Virus record (IMG/VR): IMGVR_UViG_3300036770_007547
Span: 124,001-188,000 of that record
Direction: 5' to 3' (one strand)
DNA length: 64,000 bases
The notes under the pieces were generated by a model that saw nothing but the letters and a program-made list of their open reading frames with translations, was not told where the DNA came from and ran no database searches. The position numbers and the translations under genes are program-made. The first letter of the stretch is position 1. The number at the start of each line of letters is the position of its first letter. Below are positions 20,201-26,450 of the stretch, piece after piece.

Positions 20201-21858
20201 TAATTGGTCATGACACCGGCCGAGTCGCCCGTGGCTTTGGCGAGATCTCGGCTGGTCTGCATGTTGCGGGACGTGGCTTCTTGCAGTTCTTTGAAGGCCT
20301 GTATCTGATCAATGTGTCCGGCCTTGAGACGATTCATGATGTCCACCGATGCACCACCGGTGTCCACAAACAGTTTTTGTGCTGCTTCGGTGTTGACAAA
20401 TCCCGCTGCTACATCACGGAATCCTTGCCCCATCTCAGGTGCGGCCTTGCTGACCATGGTCTGGAAGTCCAGCATGGCCTTGGCTTCTTTTTCTCGGCCC
20501 TGGGCCACCATCTCGTCGTACTGAGCACGGAATCTAGCTTCGCCCAATGCAGCATCTTGCTGGGATTGGATTTCTTTGCGCTGCATGCCAGTGAGCTTGC
20601 TGAGTTGATCCAGCTCCTTGGCATACTGCATGGCACCTTGTGTGAGCTGTGCGTTGGTCTTGCGCTGGGAAAGACCCAGTCTGGTCTGTTGTGTTACAAA
20701 AGCACCAGCAGTGTCGCTGATGTCGCTGGCACTGAAGCCCAGGCGACGCAGTTGATCACCAAGATCGCTGCGAGTGATGTCGCCCACAAACTTGGAAAAT
20801 CGTTTGGCGCCCTCGCCCACGGTGCCACCAAATCGTGCCAGGGCCGAGGAATTTTCAGCCACAGCACGCTTGTAATCGTCGAGACTGACACCGCTTTCAA
20901 TGAACTGGCGTTGCAGTTCGGTCATGCCACCTGCGGTCAGCGCACCAACTGAACTGACATCACGGAACGCTTCTGCGGCTTTTTGCAGGCGGTCCAACAC
21001 AAACTTGGAACCTTCGGCGGCCAACTGTAGCGACCCCGAAAGAACAGTGCCCAATATGGGTATGCTTTCCAGCATCTTGCCCAAGGACTGGACCACGCCA
21101 TCGATCACGCCGTTGAACTGTGTGAATCCTTTGGTGCTGTCGCCTATCGACAGCAGGCCTTTGCCCAGGCCAACCATGGTCTTGCTGGCGCTTTCTGCGG
21201 CCGATTGCACACGGAGCATCGCCATCTGCACTGCCATCGCGGTCTGGGCATTCTTGGCCAAGCTCGGGCCCAAACGGCTCTTGATGATCATGTCGCCGAA
21301 ACGACCCAGGCGAGATTCTAAGCTGCTGTACTGGTCGATCTGCTTGATGCGTTCCTTGGCCAGCATCTGGCCATAATTGCGTTCATAGCCGATCTTTTCA
21401 TACTGATCTCTGAGTTCGGCTTGCAGAGCTTTCCAACGTTCGGCCTGTAGCTCTTCGGCCTTGCGCTTTTCATAGGCCGCACGTTCCTCGGCGCTCATGC
21501 GAGCCGTGCGAGCAGCATCTTGCTGGGCCTGTGCTAAAGACGCTGCCGAATCAGCGGCTTCCTGATCGGCTTTGGCTTTTTCGATCGAAGCATCGATCTC
21601 GTCTTTGACAGCGTCTGTGGCACGATCCACGGCCTTGACGAAATCTTGCAGTTCTCGATCGGCTTTGGCGCGTGTGACTGTGTCTTTCTTGATCTGGCTG
21701 CCCAAGCGTGCCAGCGCCTGCACTATGCGTTCGGTGCCACGATCAAATTTGCGAGCCGAGTCCTGGCCCGAGGCACCGGTGGTGCCCATTCTGCGAGCCA
21801 CTTGGACAAATTCTTTGAGCTGTGTTACTAGTTCGTCAATGTCATATTGATCGGCCAT
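17206..21858 (-). CDS. Tape-measure-like protein with a peptidase M15 (Zn D-Ala-D-Ala/L-Ala-D-Glu peptidase-type) domain
   Basis: Long Ala/Gln-rich helical ORF with a Gly-Ala hydrophobic stretch, SAYRS..EQ, SKH..GMAVD and DPPH motifs, and two GG...GEAGPEAVIPL-type motifs. Confidence 0.75.
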   Translation of the reverse strand: MADQYDIDELVTQLKEFVQVARRMGTTGASGQDSARKFDRGTERIVQALARLGSQIKKDTVTRAKADRELQDFVKAVDRATDAVKDEIDASIEKAKADQEAADSAASLAQAQQDAARTARMSAEERAAYEKRKAEELQAERWKALQAELRDQYEKIGYERNYGQMLAKERIKQIDQYSSLESRLGRFGDMIIKSRLGPSLAKNAQTAMAVQMAMLRVQSAAESASKTMVGLGKGLLSIGDSTKGFTQFNGVIDGVVQSLGKMLESIPILGTVLSGSLQLAAEGSKFVLDRLQKAAEAFRDVSSVGALTAGGMTELQRQFIESGVSLDDYKRAVAENSSALARFGGTVGEGAKRFSKFVGDITRSDLGDQLRRLGFSASDISDTAGAFVTQQTRLGLSQRKTNAQLTQGAMQYAKELDQLSKLTGMQRKEIQSQQDAALGEARFRAQYDEMVAQGREKEAKAMLDFQTMVSKAAPEMGQGFRDVAAGFVNTEAAQKLFVDTGGASVDIMNRLKAGHIDQIQAFKELQEATSRNMQTSRDLAKATGDSAGVMTNYAQKSDLVNARIIDGQVRLANEQEAQMRKGTDPLTDSTVDAQKSMDQLARQMDTFAFAAMPAAAEAVNQFTGALNDFIRHVAKETGMDIPTLSDASVLQKSGTLGGITDEKTGALTGKVGAAAGATTLGTAGAAIGSIIPGVGTAIGAGIGAALGGAAGYFGLIDYGLVDNKKQRNNKQESGTGDSEKKQTDARKQATQQAIEQAQKEASWWDRLWSNKQQQTGLAAQAVDQAAKQLESQKAITRGTRVTEEATWSNATFAENDREGFQQYQSRINELRREMLRTEQGRLEKMRPNQAQFERMRIQQAAEEQARNEFYERANRAGAAQRKIQIQHEQQQARTAKDASDLAQTRVDQDLSWWQKLTGERSNQADALAAIRQQEIDEIKKSLDYVFDDAEFAQKDNENYRKYVERRTELFEQKLKILRQSKGLFARVTEQEKQQALASATIQAQQNFAKPAQAAGAMQRSAPATGNVGTRSATAPAVPAPKGGQAQIPRASGGGAPSVGSSVQDLFRFGSGTGSENHFEKLNPAVQQAMINMGAEYQQLTGRVLSINSAYRSVEEQARINSGGRPRAAPGMSKHQQGMAVDINSNEASFLAQSGLLNKYGFKWGASFGDPPHIYMRDGGVIPARPGGVQVTAAEAGQNEAFVPLPDGRRIPVDIKGLDNDALIKKISRLDGTLKLLTRSEIVETSRNDSQSFRAEVQRMAEILSQSTQEAVNRGLDVAAATQAKPLQTLEQLSQNFMAKGGITQGPSIAGEAGPEAVIPLQGKSIPMRFVNDPFGELKRILGQGFATFGQRTDKAEPPTAKPGFFDRIWDTLFGDSKKAIDQLRLAEKQAATERVEYTVNGRKATREQYEAQQRGIAELSKGMGLGFDRLGTGMGQFNQKSQEAISGMGLFGDSIGGFDKFVPQAMAEIQNRITTVNASLDTDTTTPNKPEIPETEPSSLLGPAGNLRNTSPIPVEMQNMSDLVRQLENLVGLQRDNNRTVEKLLQAQAN

Positions 21859-21871
21859 GGTTTTCTGCGCC

Positions 21872-21898
21872 TATAAATAACTGCATCTAGATATTTAT
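21872..21898. promoter_or_regulatory. Face-to-face late promoters serving divergent genes
   Basis: TATAAATA on + at 21872-21879 and ATAAATA on - at 21892-21898. Confidence 0.75.
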
Positions 21899-21911
21899 TA
21901 GCGAGGATCCC

Positions 21912-22748
21912 ATGGAAACCAATCCCTTACGCCAGTATTTCCGGCAACCCGCCATCTATGTAAAATTGCCATCTGGCGGCAAATACTACCCCAAAGACAG
22001 CCTGGAGGTCACCGAAAACGGAGAGTATCCGGTGCTGCCCATGACCACCATGGACGAGATCACTTACCGTACACCAGATGCCTTGTTCAACGGCACTGCT
22101 TCGGTGAATGTGATCCAGAGCTGTGTGCCCAACATCAAAAATGCCTGGCACATGCCCAGCATGGACATTGACACTGTGCTGATAGCCATACGCATAGCCA
22201 GTTATGGTCATGAACTCAAACTGGACACCCAGTGCACCAAGTGTGCCAGCATCAACACGTTTGGCGTGGACTTGCGCACAGTGATGGAACGCATGCGTGC
22301 TCCGGACTACAGCCAGACCCAGACCCTGGGTGACCTCGAAATCTATTTCAAACCCATGGATTATCGGCAGATCAATGACAACAACATGATGCAGTTTGAA
22401 GACCAAAAGATGCTGCAAATGCTACAAGATGCCAACGTCAACGACGAGGACAAGCTGCGTCAAGTCGGTGATGTGCTGCGGAAAATCACCAGCATGACCA
22501 CACGGGCCTTGGCACAAAACATTGCCATGATCAAGACTCCCCAGGCCACAGTGACCGAGATCGAGTGGATCTCCGATTGGCTGGAAAACTGCGATCGTAG
22601 CACGTTTTCCAGCATACGCGATCACATCATCAACACCAAGCAGCAGGGCGAGCTACAGCCGCTGAAGATACAGTGCCCAGACTGCCAGAACGAGTACGAG
22701 CAACCATTCACCTTGGACATGGCAAATTTTTTCGCGGACGCCTCCTGA
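21912..22748 (+). CDS. Baseplate hub/tail assembly chaperone (gp26-like)
   Basis: YVKLPSGG, PMTTMDE, DIDTVLIAIRIASYG, two CxxC motifs and a C-terminal NFF. Confidence 0.8.
   Translation: METNPLRQYFRQPAIYVKLPSGGKYYPKDSLEVTENGEYPVLPMTTMDEITYRTPDALFNGTASVNVIQSCVPNIKNAWHMPSMDIDTVLIAIRIASYGHELKLDTQCTKCASINTFGVDLRTVMERMRAPDYSQTQTLGDLEIYFKPMDYRQINDNNMMQFEDQKMLQMLQDANVNDEDKLRQVGDVLRKITSMTTRALAQNIAMIKTPQATVTEIEWISDWLENCDRSTFSSIRDHIINTKQQGELQPLKIQCPDCQNEYEQPFTLDMANFFADAS
22724..22733 (+). other. Putative -1 ribosomal frameshift slippery site (A AAT TTT / T TTT TTC)
   Basis: Two overlapping in-frame X XXY YYZ heptamers 4-5 codons before the stop. The -1 frame is open to 22963. Confidence 0.7.
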
Positions 22749-22963
22749 CCCTAGATGCTGACCGCATCACCAAATGGATTGATCAGATGGAAAAGGAGGC
22801 CAAGATCATCCGCGCCGAAACTCTCAAAATGTGCTGGCACATGCGTGGTGGTCTCAGCTACACCGAGGCCATGAATCTCAGCCAGGGCGAACGCGACGAG
22901 ATCGCTACCATGATCAAAGATCATCTGGAAACCACCAAGAAAAGCGGATTACCTTACTTTTAA
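22724..22963 (+). CDS. gp51-like C-terminal chaperone module, probably expressed as a frameshift extension
   Basis: -1 frame KFFRGRLL...CWHMRGGLSYTEAMNLSQGER. The TAA overlaps the next ATG. An independent start at ATG 22787 is possible. Confidence 0.65.
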   Translation, partial: KFFRGRLLTLDADRITKWIDQMEKEAKIIRAETLKMCWHMRGGLSYTEAMNLSQGERDEIATMIKDHLETTKKSGLPYF

Positions 22964-23466
22964 TGGATCAAGTGCAGGCCAGAATTGATGTCACGAACTG
23001 GATCACTGGATTCGTGGAAAAACCTTCGCCGTTGTTGAATGGATGGCCGCCGTGTCCCTATGCTCGGCAGGCCCGGCTAGAGAATCGCGTGGATATACGC
23101 ATGGGATCTCACCCCTATCACGATCTCGAGCAGCTGGCAACACAGGGCTTGGGCGATCTAGACGTGGTGGTGCTGGTGTACGATCCCGGTCAATTTGATC
23201 TGCTCACGTTCCGCAAACACTGGCAATCGGCACAGCAACATCTGCATGCCCGTGGCCTTTTGGTGCTGGAAGATCATCCCAGCGAGCCCGAGATGGTGCG
23301 CGGAGTTTGCATGAATCAAGGCACCTGGGCTTTGTTGTTTGTGCAGGACCTCAAGCGGCTCAACGATGCTGCCCAGCAGCTGGCCACCAAAGGTTACTAT
23401 CACAATTGGCCGCGCGAGTATCTCAACGATCTGTTCCAAGGTCGTGCAGATCCAACACAGACTTGA
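22963..23466 (+). CDS. DUF1415-like protein (167 aa)
   Basis: TAATG-coupled start. W..GFVE...PCPYA and EDHP motifs resemble the DUF1415 CPFA/FHP motifs. Confidence 0.5.
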   Translation: MDQVQARIDVTNWITGFVEKPSPLLNGWPPCPYARQARLENRVDIRMGSHPYHDLEQLATQGLGDLDVVVLVYDPGQFDLLTFRKHWQSAQQHLHARGLLVLEDHPSEPEMVRGVCMNQGTWALLFVQDLKRLNDAAQQLATKGYYHNWPREYLNDLFQGRADPTQT

Positions 23467-24109
23467 TACGGCTGTCTCGATCACACAACCACTGGTAGTG
23501 TTCAACGTCGTTGCTCCAGGCCGATCCGGTCCACCATTCAAATCCGGCCACACGACTCTTGTAGCGATTCACACGTTCGTAGCCGGGTCCCATGTACACC
23601 CAACGATAGCCGTGCCGACGAGCCCAGGCCAATTCGTGTTCCAGTGTTCGCAGGCCCAGTTTTAGATCGGGCTCGCGATAGTCCCAGGCAAACAGCACAG
23701 TTTCGATGGACCAAGGCGAATAGGGTCTCAGCTTGCTCCAGGCCACGAGATCGCCGCGCCAATCACGATAACCCATGTACACATCATTGGCCAGATCATC
23801 GTTGACTTCAAAGTACTTGCGGAATCCTCGATGCAGGCAGTAGGCCGAGTAGATGTGATCCAATTCGGTGCGCGGTACTGGATCCAGTATCTCGGCATCC
23901 GGCATGATGTCGTAGGTGATGGCGCTGAGATCACAGCGAGTGCTGCGACTCTGATACCATCGCGGCTGTCCTTGATGAGCAGTGGCCAGCCAGCCTAGAT
24001 TGATGGCCTCTTCGTGTTCGTGTGGTTGTACATCTGTGAGCTCGGCGCGATAGTGATAGACTTCGCCTTTTTCCACCAGACCAAAACTGTGATCAAACGT
24101 GAGATTCAT
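23423..24109 (-). CDS. Aminoacyl-tRNA-protein transferase-like protein (ATE1/Bpt family, GNAT fold)
   Basis: GW near the N-terminus, and LGLRTLEHELAWARRHGYRWVYMG.GY....RYK..V.GFE matches the ATE C-terminal signature LG....E...A...G....YLG......YK. Confidence 0.7.
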   Translation of the reverse strand: MNLTFDHSFGLVEKGEVYHYRAELTDVQPHEHEEAINLGWLATAHQGQPRWYQSRSTRCDLSAITYDIMPDAEILDPVPRTELDHIYSAYCLHRGFRKYFEVNDDLANDVYMGYRDWRGDLVAWSKLRPYSPWSIETVLFAWDYREPDLKLGLRTLEHELAWARRHGYRWVYMGPGYERVNRYKSRVAGFEWWTGSAWSNDVEHYQWLCDRDSRIKSVLDLHDLGTDR

Positions 24110-24146
24110 CGTAAGTAATTATCTATAGACATAAAGGTACAGCAAA

Positions 24147-24479
24147 ATGGACATCTATCATGTATGGGCCGACAAGCAAGAAGGCATCTCTGACACCGAA
24201 TGGGTGACAAACATGCGAGCATTTTTTGATCATCTAGTCAGCGAAGCACGCATGGAAAGCTATCGCATCACACGATGCAAGATGGGATTCCGCAGCATCG
24301 CGGACTTGCCGGAATGGCATATCATGATGGAATTTCGTGACATGGCACAACTCGAGCAGTGCTTTCAACGAGTAGCTCCACGCGAAGGTGAACTCGAAGA
24401 CAAGCATCGCAGTTTCAATCAGTTCGTGTCAGGAAATATCCAGCATGCGTTGTTCCGGGATTGGCCCGATCAGTTATGA
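24147..24479 (+). CDS. DUF6614-like protein (110 aa, probable ferredoxin-like alpha/beta barrel)
   Basis: YHVW, YRITRCKMGF, EWHIMME...QLE..F and LFRDWPD pattern, recalled from this family. Confidence 0.55.
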   Translation: MDIYHVWADKQEGISDTEWVTNMRAFFDHLVSEARMESYRITRCKMGFRSIADLPEWHIMMEFRDMAQLEQCFQRVAPREGELEDKHRSFNQFVSGNIQHALFRDWPDQL

Positions 24480-24553
24480 GATCTACTGCGTAGATCTATC
24501 GATTTCGCTGCGCTCATCGATGTTTTTTTTATTGGACCGAGCGCAGCGAGTTC
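24478..24553. other. ssDNA hairpin cluster with two inverted GAGCGCAGCGA (primosome-assembly-site-like) motifs; may also terminate transcription
   Basis: AGATCTAC-N3-GTAGATCT; ATCGAT-[motif]-ATCGAT on -; GGAC-[motif]-GTTC on +; T8 run between the two copies. Confidence 0.5.
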
Positions 24554-24554
24554 A

Positions 24555-24929
24555 GCGTATCATCCAGATGCAACGGTCACACTTAGCCCGTTGCCGGGCC
24601 AAGAAAAAACTGAGGCATCATCCGAGTGCATCACAGTCACACAGCGTTAGAGCTACGAACAGACTTGTTCACGTAGGCGGTTGTCCGGTACCTACTCACT
24701 CCGTCTTATCACAACGGCAACACAGGTGTCGTACGCTGTCACGACGCATGTGCCTGGGGTTTCGCTCCCCTCATTGGGCCTTTTGTATCCTTTTCAAACA
24801 ACCAAACGGCAGGTCTTTGCCATCGTCATCCCGGGGGGTAGTGGTTGAGTGCCCACTGGTGCGGTGGGTCTTCCATCCCTGCGACTCGGGGTCCAGGTCT
24901 AGGGCACAAGAAATTGGCCTGTGCGAGCC
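24555..24929 (-). ncRNA. Putative large structured non-coding RNA (~370 nt) with a pseudoknot
   Basis: About ten consecutive stems, G-U pairs and a GCAA tetraloop that favour the minus strand, and a 7-bp loop-to-distal complementarity. This is the only long gene-free stretch in the window. Confidence 0.65.
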
Positions 24930-25364
24930 TTAACTACCTAGTTTGCCTTTGATGTGTGATCCATGTACTCGAACCTGTATGTGACCATTGTAGTATTCGT
25001 CTGATTCCAGTACTCGTCGTGCAAATTGTTCGCGTGCTTCGATGTAACTACATTCGGCCTTGGACCTACAGTAGTACAAGATTTCGCGTTGGAAATTTTC
25101 GGTGCCCAGTCGTTCCACGTCTTGATTGAGTTCGTCGTTGCTGCCGTAATAGGTCTGCCAGTCTGAATCGATTTTGTTGCTTATGCGTTTGCGTTTTTTG
25201 TTGCCATTCTTGAGTTTGACCACACGATACGTGGTTTTCTTGAACTTGCTGAGTTTTTTGCCTATGTATTTGCGCCCTGACACTAGATTCGTGATGAGAT
25301 AAACGAAGCCCACATACTCTTCGCCGATGTGTTCCACCACATTTGATTCGAACAGCCAGGTCAT
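24930..25364 (-). CDS. Single-domain GIY-YIG nuclease (T4 endonuclease II-like)
   Basis: GFVYLITN...KYIGKK, YYGS, F.REIL, E and YYN motifs. 144 aa, with no separate DNA-binding domain. Confidence 0.85.
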   Translation of the reverse strand: MTWLFESNVVEHIGEEYVGFVYLITNLVSGRKYIGKKLSKFKKTTYRVVKLKNGNKKRKRISNKIDSDWQTYYGSNDELNQDVERLGTENFQREILYYCRSKAECSYIEAREQFARRVLESDEYYNGHIQVRVHGSHIKGKLGS

Positions 25365-25403
25365 GTTGCGTAGTTAGCTGTGTCACTGATTGATGGTCAA
25401 ATT

Positions 25404-26450
25404 CTACCATTCTGTGGTGTGCTCCTGATCTTTTAATTTTGCTCGTGTGCATTTGCTCCTGCATTCATGGCTGTCAAATTCCAGGAACTCCGTGGACCAA
25501 AACTCGTCGTTTTTGATGTCGGTGAGATTCCTCTGCCAGAGATCAAATCGGCTGGCACGATCATGCCAGACTTGATTGTGATCGTAACGGTTGGCAGTCC
25601 AACAGCAGGGATATATCTGTCCTCGGCTGTTTAAAAACACGCCTTTGTTGCCGATCAAGCAGATGCCCGAATAGGGCGTGTTGCTTTCCAACTGCTGTGC
25701 TCGCTGCCAAAACAATGTTTTTATGTCTTGGCCCGGCCTTGATCTCCGAGTAAGGCGCACATGATTGCGTTCGAATCGATGTCCATCGGGCACTAGGCCC
25801 GGTTGGGTAGGCTCCAGCAGATCTATGCTACCATACTGTTCGGGATATTTACTACCAAATTTGGTGCTACGAGTGAGCTGATAAAGGTCAAACCCCAACT
25901 GCTGTGCCAGGCTTTGCTGCTGGCCCAAATGATATTCATTGAATCTAAATGCGATGCTGTCCCACACTCGATAAGTGCTGGTGTTCACTGATGCAAACGC
26001 TGTGATGCCTGCGATGATGCTGTCCCAGTCCGAGTTCACGCGATATTGCTGATTGCTGTCTTGATCCCAACCATCCAGGCTCCAGTGTACCTCGTCGTGT
26101 TCGCCCAGCACATGCCCCAGATATTGCCACCAGTCTGGTGGTTTGTAACTGCCATTGGTGATGATGGTGATGGCCACTGTGGGATTCAGGGTCTTGAACC
26201 ATACACAGATGTCCACGAGATCGCGACAGTAGATGGGATCTCCGTCGTTGCCGCAGAACGTGATCTTTTTCAGTTCCTGCACATGCTCGGCGCCAAACTG
26301 GCGTTGGAAAAACGCCAAAGTGAGTTGTCGATTCAAGAGACTGTCGGGCAATTCGGCCCTGGGACATCTCGGGCATTTCAATGCGCATATCGAACTGGGT
26401 TCGATATGCCAGTGATCCCATTTCAGCACAGCTTTTCCTCTCGCTGCCAT
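25404..26450 (-). CDS. Radical SAM protein with a Twitch/SPASM-like C-terminal domain
   Basis: CALKCPRC, CGNDGDP, ITNG, SLDG and YPCCW...C...C motifs. The true start may be GTG 26429. Confidence 0.9.
   Translation of the reverse strand: MAARGKAVLKWDHWHIEPSSICALKCPRCPRAELPDSLLNRQLTLAFFQRQFGAEHVQELKKITFCGNDGDPIYCRDLVDICVWFKTLNPTVAITIITNGSYKPPDWWQYLGHVLGEHDEVHWSLDGWDQDSNQQYRVNSDWDSIIAGITAFASVNTSTYRVWDSIAFRFNEYHLGQQQSLAQQLGFDLYQLTRSTKFGSKYPEQYGSIDLLEPTQPGLVPDGHRFERNHVRLTRRSRPGQDIKTLFWQRAQQLESNTPYSGICLIGNKGVFLNSRGQIYPCCWTANRYDHNQVWHDRASRFDLWQRNLTDIKNDEFWSTEFLEFDSHECRSKCTRAKLKDQEHTTEW

Noticed and set aside
22831-22962. ORF-track N-terminal extension of the DUF1415-like gene
   Set aside because: It overlaps the gp51-like frame. 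The TAATG-coupled ATG at 22963 is more plausible.
24535-24551. Possible cloning-vector contamination (match to the pBR322 ori region)
   Set aside because: The match is only ~17 nt, the flanks are unlike the vector, and the motif has an inverted partner integrated in the local structure.
24559-24642. CRISPR or TIGR-like array
   Set aside because: Only two imperfect units, and no Cas or Nop-domain gene in the window.
24388-24933. 181-aa plus-strand ORF across the structured region
   Set aside because: It overlaps the DUF6614-like gene out of frame, has no SD, and has an atypical Arg/Cys/Ser-rich composition. RNA structure explains the region better.
24480-25364. Group I intron with a homing endonuclease
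   Set aside because: No interrupted gene flanks it, no recognisable P7 core was found, and the nuclease lacks a DNA-binding extension.
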